From: Nemertoderma westbladi
Taxonomy: Eukaryota; Animalia; Xenacoelomorpha
NCBI GenBank assembly: GCA_032718475.1
Contig: JAUCBJ010004224.1
Location: forward strand, 121,081 to 185,080
Length of the DNA stretch: 64,000 nt
Reading direction: 5' to 3'
Shown: positions 24,654-37,150 of the stretch, one piece after another
Layout of the letters: each line of letters begins with the position of its first letter
How positions within the stretch are numbered: the first letter of the stretch is position 1
Notes under the pieces: model-generated
The model's database searches: none
Seen by the model: the letters and a program-made list of their open reading frames with translations, nothing else
Told to the model about the DNA's origin: nothing
Made by a program: the position numbers and the translations under genes

Positions 24654-26253
24654 AATGAGCTGAGGAGCCGCTGGGCTCCCTCTAATGATTCTGAGAGTAC
24701 TCCTAAGTCATCAGCAAAGTCTAGATCAGTTAGGTACTTGGCAGGATTTCCTCGACTTCTGGAGCCAGTAGGTGGAGTTATCACCACCCCATCATCATTA
24801 TGATAATCTAAGGACATGTGTAGAACATAGTCAACCACAATAATGAACAAGAATGGTGCAAGTGTGTCTCCTTGGAGGACGCCCCATAACACTTCAAATG
24901 GTTCTGTGTCACCGTCAACAGTAGACACAAATGTTGTCGAACCATCGTATACTGATCTGATTGCTGCAATAATTTCATCAGGAATCCCATATAATGAAAG
25001 TATGCTGAACATACCTGAGCGAGAGACTGAATCAAAGGCCTTGAAGAAGTCAACAAAGATAACAGCCAGATGCCTGTCTTTCTTTTTTGATAACTCTTCA
25101 ATTATCCTTCTAAGTGCCAAAATGGGTTCCATGGTCCCACGACCTTTACGGAACCCATTCTGATTTCCACGTAGCAGTCTTTCAATGGGATCCCTGATGC
25201 GATTTAATAGAATTCTATTGTATAGTTTTGCAGCAATCGAGATCAATGAGATTCCCCGAAAAGAACCATAGAGTGTTAGGTTGCCCTTCTTGGGAACTGG
25301 CACCAACTTATTTGTTTTCATTTCTTGTGGGACTCTTGTTGTACGGTACATGTCTACTATGATGGGATAGATGAGCTTTAAACACTCAGGTATTTTAAAG
25401 ACCTCAGGGGGAACACCATCTACTCCACTGGCACGATTGGTCTTAATGCTCTTTGCAGCAGCCTTCTCTTCTGCAAAGGAGATATCGCTAATGGGAATAT
25501 CTGGGAGTACAGACTCAGACACTTTTACTTCTATAAAGTTATCAGGCAATACTCTGTCATTATTGAGGAGCTTTTCAAAGTGGGCTTTCCAACCATTGAG
25601 GCGATCGGCTGGTGATTCAGCCTTAACCTTGGTGGTTGGTTGGCTTTTCCGCCCAGTAAGCAGATTGATCGATTTCCATGCCTGGGATGATTGCCTGCTG
25701 TCGTCAGCATCATTGATGGCATCAACCTGTTGGTTTATTAGCTCCTGTAGATTAACAGTGTACTGCCTGTTCAGGGACCTAGATGCAGCTTTAACTGCAT
25801 TCTTGGCCGCTGTAGTCTGTTTGAGTCGGGACTCTTTCTGCGCCTTATGAAGGTCATTTCGGCACTTCTGAATTTTGTTGTCAGTCCAGCGTGCCCTTTT
25901 CCTGTTTCGAGGGTATACAGGAACTGTTTCTGCAGCTGCTAACTTAACTGCTTCTGTAAAGGCAGTATAGCCCTCACAGTGATCTGCCGCCTCAGAGGCA
26001 AGAGCCTCATACCTGTTGCTCAGCTGTAGTGTGAAGCTGGATCTCACACTTGGCTGTTGCAACAGAGAGGACCAGTCATGCCGTGGCAAGGCAGATTTCG
26101 TTGTTCTGCTAGCACGCAGACTAAGTCTTACCTTGGCCACAATAAGGCAGTGATCACTGGAGAAGGGTCGAAGTGTAAATGCATTACAGTCTTGTATAGA
26201 GCTCCTGTATTTCCTACGAAACAGAATATGGTCTATCTGGGACTTGTGACCAC
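24654..26253 (-). mobile_element. RTE family 1 internal fragment, truncated at both ends
   Basis: ORF 24614..26140 is nearly identical to the 40.6-42.9 kb copy; no tail or TSD. Confidence 0.92.
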
Positions 26254-29200
26254 AGGATGGCCAGTAGTTAAGAAGTCCATATACATACCATTACGATGCG
26301 TATAGCGAGCGGTAAATTTTCTATAGTCCAATTCACGCGTGAGTTGTTCCTTGGACATTGGTGGTTCGATATAACGGCCATCGTCCTCCGTAGTAGAGGG
26401 ACTAGCGTCACCGCGTATTAAACTATCAACAAACGCTTGCAATGGTAGGGTATATCGCTCCCTGATACCAAGATCATCTTCTATCAACTCAGTCATAGCT
26501 GCTATATGAGTTTATCAATATTATAATTAATTATAATTAGGCTAGCGGGCGTCGCTGCCTACCCCTCACTGCCCCCGGACAGCGCAAGATCCTCAGCGCC
26601 GATGTACTGTTGTCGCGGTGCTTATCGCCAACGTAGTAGCTACACAACGACAACAATAACCAGTGCGAGTCACTCCACTGTCCATCCCAAGGGCTTAGAT
26701 TTACTTCAGGTTCTCACTGCAGAGGTAGGGCTACTTTCACAACTGCGACTAGCTACTGTAAACACACTTTAGTAGCAACATTCACCTATAAACGCACAAA
26801 TTCCACACAACTGTCACAAATTGTACACATTCGGGCAATTTGTCCGTTAGTCAAGTGCCTTCCAGAATGCCACATTATTATTATGTATCCTTGGATACTA
26901 GCAGTGCACTATTTATTCCTTATGCTATTCAATGGGATAAGCTTTCTATTGTTCTTTTAACTTGCTTCTAATTCTAGCGTGGTTGTTGCTATGGTGACAT
27001 TATGGAAAGCTAGCAGTAGAATTAGGGTAATTCTCATGCATACAGATCTGGGATGCTATTTAATAGTAATTCTTTAATTGTCAATATTCCCCCTGCCCCT
27101 TATACATGATTTTATGAATTTTATCGGCTATTGACTATATTGGAGATTCTCGCACACTAATATACTTAATAGGGTGAATCTCCGCTCCCATGATCTATTA
27201 ATTAATGGAATTTTGGGAATGTTATAAATTGTATAAAATAACAATTTATCAAATTCATGAGAGGATATGAATTTAAAATTATTCCCGTAAATTTTATTAT
27301 TTAATATTAAATAGGCACAATTTTATTCCAGAGCATGTCTGGGGACTGGGATCCTTGATTCTAGGAAATTTGTCCTTTTAAGAGTATCGGTAAGTGCTAC
27401 GATATCTTAATCGACTAGAATTTTAAAGGATCTAAATTTTAACAGATTTTGATTTATAATTTTCTTGGTTTACAAACTCCTTAGAGTTTATTTGTATGCA
27501 TTTACTCTATTATAACATTTGTTTTAATAGATTTTTATAAATATTAACTATGTAATATTTAAGATGGGCACCGGTTTATTCCAGAACATGTCTGGGGACG
27601 TTAACCATTGATTCTAGAATTTTGTCTTTCAAGTATATCGGTGGGTGCTGCGATATCTTAATCGACTAGAATTACAGATGGTCAAAGGGTTTTACAGATT
27701 TATTTTGCGTTTTACGCTACTGTTAAAGGGACATCACGCTACTATATGTATTATTTAATATACGGTATGAGAGCAATATTGCAAGAAGCAATGTCAGTGA
27801 GAAGAGGCAAGTCGTTTCCAAGGTCTACCCAGAGCTTGGTTTAGCCGAGACACGAGGATCTGAACTTTGCATTCCTAATACTCTACTTCTACTTACCAAT
27901 AATACTTGAGTATAGTAGGAGCTTTATTGTACTTTAATAAGTACGGATATTTCATCTTACTGTAGTCACGCATTTATAATATGATACGGACTGTAAGGAA
28001 AAAGAAAAAGAATTATTTCTCGCCGTTGCACTAAATATATATAATATAAGTAATTAAGTAATAAACGCGAATATATATGGCACTAATTCTACTAAATAGT
28101 CGCTAAAATAACATTCTACTAAATAAAATTAAAGAAAACGATTATAATAAAATTACATAATAATACATACATAAATATAAAAATAATAAATAACGAATAT
28201 AAAATAATATTGTCATACACCCACTCCAGACGCTGTTACATTGGGGAGTCCCTAGATGTTTGTTGGATTAGGGAGGTGGTCGTGGGAAGAGTATCTTGCT
28301 TTCCATAGTTTCCGGACAGTTCTCTGTCTCTTTCCAGTAAACATAAACGACCAACTGGGCGATTGAGCTGCTGTGTTTCGAACACAATTCCAGGTTTCTT
28401 AAAGTTACGTCGCATGACGACGAGTTCTACCGATCGCACCAAACCATCATCTGAGATATGAGTCTCGATGATACGACCTGTCTGCCACCGCTTACGTGGA
28501 AGATCTGATTCCACAATAAGGACCATGTCTCCGGCGCTGACATTTTCTTGCTGCGCAAACCACTTGGTTCGAAGTTGTAGCGTAGTCAGATAATGTTTTT
28601 CGAAATGGTCAGCGAAATGACGGGATAATAACTACATAAGTTGCCAAGTTTGTCGGCAGTATTCGTCTCCGTCTGTGATTTCCGATCGTGGGAGCATGGC
28701 TACAGGTTTCTTCAGTAGGAAGTGCGTGGGTGTTAGCACTTCCAGGGAGTCGGGACTCAATGAGACTGGCATAAGTGGTCTTTCGTTAAGATAGGCGGCG
28801 ATTTCTTCCATTAACGTCCGCAAAAGTTCGTCAGTGAGATACGCGCGGCACGGCACTATGAAGTGAAATGCGGTCTTCACGCTTCTTATTAATCTCTTCC
28901 AACTTCCTCCCCACCAAGGGGCATCGGCGGCATTGAATGTCCAGTTAGATGCTGTTACCCTTAGCTGATCGTCCACCTGTCTTTGGTTCCAATCTCTAAC
29001 GTAAGCCTTGATCTCATTATTGGCGCCAATGAAGTTCGTCCCCTTATCAGATCTCATCGTGTTGCTAGTTCCAAAGCGAGCGATCTGTCGACGTAGACTC
29101 AGTATGAAGCTGTTGGTAGATAGATTGTTCACCATATCTAAATGGATCGCTCTACAAGTCATACAGACAAAGATGACACACCATCGCTTGACTATAGTCC

Positions 29201-29268
29201 TGGCACGATATACTTCAATAGGGCCAAATAAATCCACACCGGTATTAGTAAAGGGTGGTTCATAGAAA
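26254..29268 (-). mobile_element. BEL/Pao LTR retrotransposon 1, 3' part: integrase, long intergenic region and start of a possible extra ORF
   Basis: GVDLFGP, FVCMTCRAIHLD, SDKGTNFIGA, APWWGG.W.RLIRSVK, LN.RPL, LTPTHFL and the C-terminal W..GRI......DG.VRSV...RP..RLC.L motif (ORFs 28632..29237, 28236..28526); ORF starting at 26496 is cut by the RTE. Confidence 0.88.
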
Positions 29269-29269
29269 A

Positions 29270-31430
29270 TGAACGTGGGGACATGGGGGACGCAAACTCT
29301 GGGGTACCTGAGTGAGTACTTATTTAGACGTTTTTTTAAGGAATAATTTATATATTTTTAATCTGGTTTTGATATATTGATATATATTTTCAAAATTAAT
29401 TAGTTATTATTTTTAACAATGGCGGCAATAAATTTGAAAATAACTTCATTTAACTGCAATTCAGTTAAACGTGCAGCAGCGTTAAAAACTGTTTCAGATA
29501 TATGTGCGAAAGGTGCAGATATTATCCTCTTACAAGAGCATTGGCTACCGGTACAGGAGCTAGACTTTCTGGCTTCCATATACCCTGATTACCTATGCTA
29601 TGGGATCTCACCAGTTGACCTATCAACGGGGTTTTTGAGGGGGAGACCATATGGTGGATTGGGGGTGTTGTGGCACAGGAAACTTGCCCTGGCAGTAGAA
29701 GTGGTGAATTGCGAGGATAACAGATTACTCGGGGTTAATGTTAAATTACTGAATGGTGAAGTGTTATTTTTACTCAATGTATACTTACCCTATGAGTCTC
29801 CGGACAATGATAATTTGTTTGTAGAATATTTGGGTAAAATTAAAGCTATATATGAAAGTATTAATTTTACCCATTTATGCATTATGGGTGACTGTAATGC
29901 AAATGTAAACAAGCCGTATTTTAAAGAGCTGTGGGACTTTTGTTACAATAACCAACTTATAATTACGGATGTTAATAAATTAATGTGCAATTCATTTACA
30001 TTTGTTAGTGCGGCTCATAATACTACTAGTTGGCTGGATCATATTTTATGTTCTGGTACACTTAATACTTATGTATCAGATGTTTTTATTATGTATGACT
30101 CAGCAGTAGATGACCATATGCCATTGGGCTGTAGTATATCGGTTGAACCAATATTATCCGATACTATGAAAGATAGTAAGAAATACAATGGAGTGGATAA
30201 TACTCCATGTTGGGAAAGTGTAAAAAAGAATCAGATAGAAAATTATTGTAATTTAGTACAACAACTGATAGTGTGGGTACAACCTCGGAGGAGTTGTTAA
30301 GTAACTGCTGCAACCCACATTGCGGTGAACACGAAGAAGCAATTGACTCCCTTTATGAGACGATAGCGACGGGGTTGAAAACAGCAAGTGATAGTTCATT
30401 TAAAGTTAATAAAAACAACACGAATAATAAATGGAACCATATTCCAGGGTGGAATTCTCAAGTTAAAGAGGTGCACAATAAAGCTAGGCAAGCGTTTTTG
30501 AATTGGAAATCAGCTGGTTCTCCAAAACAGGGACCATTGCTTGCTGTTTATTTGCACACAAGGGCCAACTTCAAAAGGGTTTTGCGCTCGTGCAAAAGGG
30601 ACGAAAATAAACATAGAAATGACAAACTTGCAGAGTCATTGCTTAGTACTGGAAGTGGACCGACGACTAATTTTTGGTCGGAAGTACACAAATGTACTAA
30701 AACTCGTTCACCTACTCCTAATGTGGTAGGAGGTGAATCTGGTGCAGAAGCGATTGCAGAAATGTGGAAAAAACATTTTCATTTTGTCTTCAATTGTGTT
30801 AATGATGACAACGATAAATCATTCGTTGTGCACAAGTTTTCTAAGGTGCGTGTCTCTGATATTAAGCTAGTATCTCTAGAAGAGTTGTTTGACGCGATAA
30901 ATAACCTAAATTTAGGAAAATCATATGGCCCTGATTTGTTAGTAAGTGAGCATTTATATTATGGTTTGTGTTATTCTTTATTAACTAAATTACGTATCTT
31001 AGTAAATTCAATTCTTATACATGGATACATTCCTGAAAGTTTAATGCTAAGTATTATTATACCTTTATTAAAGGATTGTACTGGTGATGTAACGTCTAAG
31101 GACAATTATCGAGGTATCGCATTGTCAACGTTGCTCAGTAAAATTCTAGAAATTATTTTACTTAGTAGGTGTCATAATTATATTGCGACTAGAGGTAATC
31201 AGTTCGGGTTTAAACCGGGACTAGGTACAGAAACATGTGTATATACATTGAAGGAATTAATCAACTATTATCTTGCCAATGACACACCGGTTTTTGTGTG
31301 TATGTTAGATGCTTCCAAAGCCTTCGATAGAGTAAACCATTTTAAACTTTTTAAGAAATTATTGGCGTTAGGTTTCCCGGTATATATTGTACGGTTGTTA
31401 GCTTTTTGGTATAGGACGCAGCAAATGTGT
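29270..31430 (+). mobile_element. RTE-X-like non-LTR element, 3'-truncated (APE endonuclease + N-half of RT)
   Basis: SFNCN, LLQEHWL, GRPYGG, VYLPY, LDHIL; IPGWN, NYRGIAL, QFGFK, LDASKAFDRVNH (ORFs 29419..30300 and 30273..31457); clade assigned from motifs only. Confidence 0.8.
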
Positions 31431-33858
31431 AGAAGCCTTGACGGGCTTCGGTTCTAGCCATTTGACGCATAAAACTTTCTTGAGCCATCGTATTATTTAA
31501 TATTGAGTTATCGGTATATAAATTTCTCGGATTATGATCAGTTCTATATGGAATATCATTATCAACAGGTTTATAATTACCCTTAATAGGGTTTACTATA
31601 GGAGTTTCTACTTCACTAGCAGTATAGATGCGTGTAGGATCCACACCTTGCGCATGAAATACTTCAGACCTAACAGGTTGACACATTGTTACAGGGGGTG
31701 GTGGTATACCCCTTTGTATATTTACTAATTTATCGCGTTCTAATGCGATACTCTGCTGCACTTCTTGTAACTCTAACCGACCTTCTCTTACTGTTCCCTT
31801 TAACTGTTGAACAGTCCCTTCCATCTCTCGGACCTGCTGGGAGGAACGCAAGCGCTGTTCCTCCAATTGTCCGAGCAGGAGATCCATCCCCCGCCGTCCC
31901 TCATCCACCCACTCGACCGCCGAAGCGGGAGCCGCCAACATAGTAGCGGGTAGATGAGGGATGACGTGCGATAAATCGTTGATGTCTCGCTCGGCGTCCA
32001 AGGCTGGGACTGATTCTGAGGCTATTCTACTGGGGACAGGTACTTTAGTACTGTGCAAAGGGAATTTAGAGTTAGGTTCTGGAAGTACAGGTGTCTCTAT
32101 CACAGAAGGGGTGGCTTCGAGAATAGGCCTAATTATTTCAGGCTCATCTACTATAGTAGGGAGTCTTTCTACTCTAATAATTTGATCTGTGGGTTCTGTA
32201 CTACCTAAGTCTGCACTAGCTAGTTGCCTTCTCACAGCTGGGGGCAAATTAGGTAATTTCTGATGGTGAGGCGTTCTTCTACGTCTGTTGGAACGAGATC
32301 TATTTCCTCCGCCTTCAGAATCTGTTGTATTGCCTTCATCAGATGATGTAAATCCCTTTCTCTTGGGAGTAGATCGACTTATCATCTGCATCTGCTTAGC
32401 TGTTCTTTGTTTATTGAAGTAGTCTTGCCTCTCTTGAAGATTTTCCAACTCTAGTTGGACTGTCTCTTCAGATGCCCTCCGTTCTGCTGCTGCCACCGCC
32501 TCTGCTGCTTTTCTTTCCGCTCCTACCGCTGCCTCTGCCACTTTTCTTTCCGCTTCTACCGCTGCCTCTGCCGCCTTTCTTTCTGCTTCTACCGCTGCCT
32601 CTGCCGCCTTTCTTTCCGCTTCTGCCGCTGCCGCTGCCGTTGCCGCTTTTCTTTCAACTTCTGCCGCCGCCGCCGCTGCTGTCTTTCTGTCTTCTATCCG
32701 TTTTTTCTTTAATTGTTCTTCCTGTTCCCTAGCGATGAGGATGCTTTCATCAAATTTAGCCTGCTCTACGGCCAACATTTCCGCATCTAATGAGTCTAAC
32801 ACAAATTTGGCTCCCTCACTAGTAGGATGAAGTCCAGCTAGCCGTCTCCTTAGCTCTTTGTCGCCTATAAATCGTTGATAGTCCGACAGATAGATATCAA
32901 TGGCGTCCTTCTGAGGTTTCTCTGATGTAACCTCGCTTTCCACCTGAGAAAAGGTAGCGTCTGTTGATTCTCTGTGGGTCGAGCGCTCAGTTAGCTGAAT
33001 TTTCCATTGGGTTGTTCCTTGAACTTTAAGACTCACCCGTTGGAACCAAGTCTTTACGGCAACTTGCAACAACATATCTTGGCTTCTCTTCGAGGCTTCC
33101 TCAAAGGCCGATAGGATTAGTCTGATTCTTAGGATACGTTCTCGAACTTGATAAAGCAGCTCTCCCTGCTCTTGAGGTCATTGGGGTTGTTGAAACAAGT
33201 GTTCCTCTAATCGCTCCAAAGAGCTGAAGAATCCCTGTACATATTCTGCTGCCGACCTCTTCCACACAGCTGGATCTCTAGTGTCCTTTACCACTCCCAT
33301 CCTGTATAAGTCCTCCCAGGCAGCTTCTGATAAGTTAAACGGGAGTCCAGGTTCGGGGAAGTTCCATTGTGTCTTGACAATAGACTTCAGTTCCTCCATT
33401 GTGTATCCCGCATAACTGTCCTTGGTCGATCGCTTACTTCTCGCCCAATCGATTTGATGTTCTTCCACCGCAATCAATACTCTAGTGAGTACGGCTTCAG
33501 GAAGAATGAGAAGTGGATCCGAATAAACTGCTTCTGCCATCTTTACTCCGCGCTCGGGTGTCAACTCTACAGTATCTGAACTACCGGAGCTACCGGGCCG
33601 CTGAGAAATAAGTTCTCGGTTCGGATGTTGCTGCTGTTTAACAGCTGCCTCTTGGTCCCGCTTGACTTGAGCCTGAGTGCCTATGATAGACCTACGGTGC
33701 TTTACTAGCCTAGGGTCTGATACTACTACTGAAGGGATGACTTTTCTTACAGTAGGAGGGGACTTGAACTTTGGTCTCAAATGTTCGGTACTCCTGTCGG
33801 AGTCGCAGACTGTTGTTTCTAGGAGACTATCTGACAGAGTTTGCTTTGTGTCAGCCAT
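31430..33858 (-). pseudogene. Gag-like ORF, probably of BEL element 1, with 11-aa AERKAAEAAVE coiled-coil repeats
   Basis: ORFs 33178..33858 and 31351..33075 share one frame and the strand of the BEL integrase at 28.2-29.3 kb; low-complexity/coiled-coil composition; no diagnostic domain retained. Confidence 0.55.
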
Positions 33859-33964
33859 GTTTGATTGTACAGTTGAATGCCTACTACTATAACGACAGTT
33901 AAAGCAAGTCTAGTAATTCAGTATCAACTGTTAGCCTAGTAATTAATTACCGATATCGTTACTC

Positions 33965-34260
33965 AATGTAACGCGATATATATATAATATATTAGAATAC
34001 CGGTATACACTTATAGTATATATATAAGTATTATTACAGACTAGGGTTTGTCACAGAATACCGGTATATAATTTCAGCATAAATATATAGAAATATATAT
34101 AATAAGCCTACCGTGAGTACCGGTATACAGCTTACACTTATAGTATATATAAGTATGATTATAGACTAGAATTAATTACAGAATACCGGTATATAATTTC
34201 AGCATAAAATTTATATAAATAAATATAATAAGCCTACTATAAATACCGGTAATGTCAATT
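33965..34260. repeat. Diverged tandem duplication (~145 bp) rich in TACCGGTA
   Basis: CAGAATACCGGTATATAATTTCAGCATAAAAT occurs at about 34033 and 34179. Confidence 0.6.
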
Positions 34261-37150
34261 ATTTTAGAATAACTGAATTTCTGAATTTTAGGATTACTTT
34301 CCTTTACTTTATTACTGTTATTTAAGCAGTAGTCCAACTGATATTAAGACCTAATTGATGTATAACAGGCCTACTATTTTATAAATCGGTTTGAGTTGAT
34401 TTATAATATATATACCCGTATAATGGGTTTTTGTCAATGTTTGAAATAAATGTTATTATTTCTGGTAAGGAGTCACTACACAGAAGCTGAACGCTCTCAG
34501 TGAAGTGCTACTTGTTGGACACTAAAACAAATAATTCTACTTGACTAAGTTACTTATTACTACAAATTACGTACAATTACTGGGTGAAATTACAATCTCT
34601 AAATAAACACAAAAATTACACGTACAAATTTTAGGGTAATTTTACAGGAAATCTACAAACCAGCCTAACAAGGGGTTAGAATTTCTGGTTCTTACAAACG
34701 GACAGGAAACTACGGTATTTAAAAATAATTAAGCAGTAGTAAATAAATTACGTTGTCCAGATAAGAAAATACCACCGTCTGACGACTTATAGTCTTTAGC
34801 TGTACAGCTCTATAAGTACTACGTTATGTACCCGGAGTGTCCTTACCTAGAAGTTAATTACCGCAGCCAACCAGAGCTAACGTGCCTATTAACCACTTTA
34901 CAACACAAATATACCGCCTACACACTAATTACTTTCCGAAAGCACTGTACACTAAACCCTAAATTAGGTACAAGTACTTATACAACAAATAACCAGCAGT
35001 TAAATATACTTGTACAGCAAAAAGAACCACGGTATCTGCTGGAGTGACTAGAGCATAAAATCACCAGTCTTTACCTACGCCAAGCAGCCCTGATGTAGTA
35101 CCGGGGTTAATATAACTATAATGGTATATATAACAAGCACAATTACTGTAGGAATTAACTTGGGGAGTTATGTATGTTGCGAGTACTCGCATATACTCTG
35201 AATAATAAATAAATATGCTACCCGTGCAGACTACACAAACAAAATACAAACCAAATGCTGGCAGACTACTATCAAGCCTAAATAAACTACAGTATATGCA
35301 GACTCCGAAATAGTTAGTTAGTATGCATTCTAACCGAGTAGTACGACTTATTCTTTCGGGGGGATTTACCTTACAGCACTGGATGCCCCCACGTTCCTAA
35401 CTAGTACTTTATCGGACATACACTCTACACACACTGCAATCTCTTCAGACTTAACAACAGTCAGACAACAATCCAGCCTACAAATTATTTGTACAATTTG
35501 AGCAGGCTTACACACCTTCTGCTCAATATTACACTTACAAATAAATAAAACTGACAGAAATAAATAAGCTCTAAAAGCAACAAGGGGTATACAGTCCCTA
35601 ATCTCTTAAATAGCCTACCAATATACAATATCACAATCGAAATAATACTGGTACCGGTAAGTACCGGTTCGGGTCGCTAGGTAGTTAGGCCTACAGGTTA
35701 CTGTCCGACCTGTACAGTCGAATTTATTGCCTACGTGCAATCAAAACAAAAATCTATTATTGTTCTTACCAGAACAATAGACAACTATATTTATTGCCTA
35801 CACTGCAATCAAGAGTTTAAATCTATTATTGTTCGCGCTTTCAGACCTTTAGCAGTTTAACCTGCCAATTTTAGGTGTCCTCTTGTTTATAAATTGACTT
35901 TAGCCTATAACAACTATTTAATGCACATGAAGTAACATTAGCCGAAGCCAGTCTATGCGCGATCATTCACCCACAGTTAAGGGAGACTGGATTCGGATGC
36001 TTTGAAGGGATTGCGGTGCAGACCTACGGTATTATTCGATTGATCGTTACTATATAATCTCTGACAATATTATTCACTTTCGGGGAAATATTAACAGTTC
36101 CTTTAGGACGTGGCGCTTTAAGTATATAAAACAGAGTTATGACTTATACTAAACACAACGAGATGGCTACTGATTTTTGTAAATGGCGCATTCTTTAGGA
36201 GATGCTTTATTATCTGTCACACTGCTGCATACGACTTCACACTGCTGCACACTGATCTGCCGACCGTCACTGAATTTGATCATATATAATGAGGATAGCA
36301 ACTGACACATGAAGGGATTATGAAATAGCATTTAATGCACACTAAAACCACTGTAATGTAAGTCGCAATTGCTACCGGTAACATGTCCCTCTTACCTTCA
36401 GTAATCAAGAAGATTGGGGTTTTATGATTATTTATCGATATTCTCCAAATATAACAACATATCCAACAACATATAACAATTAATAACCGACAGTAAACAG
36501 CAGTAAAATAATGCGGTGAATAGGATTGCGTGAGTGCAGAGTTTCATCAGTCAGTCGTAATGCATTGAGCATTGATAATAGATTTACGTTTTTATAATCA
36601 AAGCCGTCTAATGTTGGCCAAAGTCTGAAACTTCTAACACAGAAGTACAGAAGAATTTCCAAGCAGTTGTTCTCGCTCAGAAAGGTAAACAAAGACCATA
36701 ATGCATTGCGCAGTTTTCCGTAGGCCTCTGTGCAAGATAAAATGAAAATCGCTCTGATTGGCCGAGCGAGCCGAACAAAGAAGTTCCACATCGACAGTAA
36801 ATCAGCTGACAGATTTCGTCATCTGAACTACACTCTATTTAGAGTATTTGGCGTATTGCGGCATAAAATGGCTTGTTATGTCCGCTAAAACACCTACAGG
36901 GTACATTGCGGAGAAAATGGCTTGTTATGTCCTCTAAAACAACTAAACAGTTCATTGCGGAGAAAAATGACTGGTTATATCTGCAAAAGCTTTTACAATC
37001 CCAATTTATGACAATACATGACCCCCGCACAATTAGTTCAAACAAACGACATTTTTTACAAAATCATGTAAAATTAATTCATTTATATAGACATTTTTTT
37101 TTTAAGTATGACTTTTCCCAGTGCTAGAAGTGTCTGAAATGGCCTAAAAC

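Noticed and set aside
32455-32732. Cys/Leu/Pro-rich plus-strand ORFs, and other short ORFs antisense to TE genes
   Set aside because: Shadows of repeats or coding sequence on the opposite strand.
29271-35396. 14-nt inverted match GAACGTGGGGRCAT at 29271-29284 and 35383-35396; possible tRNA-Pro PBS TGGGGGC at 35385-35391 (-)
   Set aside because: Short, no TSD, only 7 nt of PBS match and no clear LTR end; cannot be told from chance.
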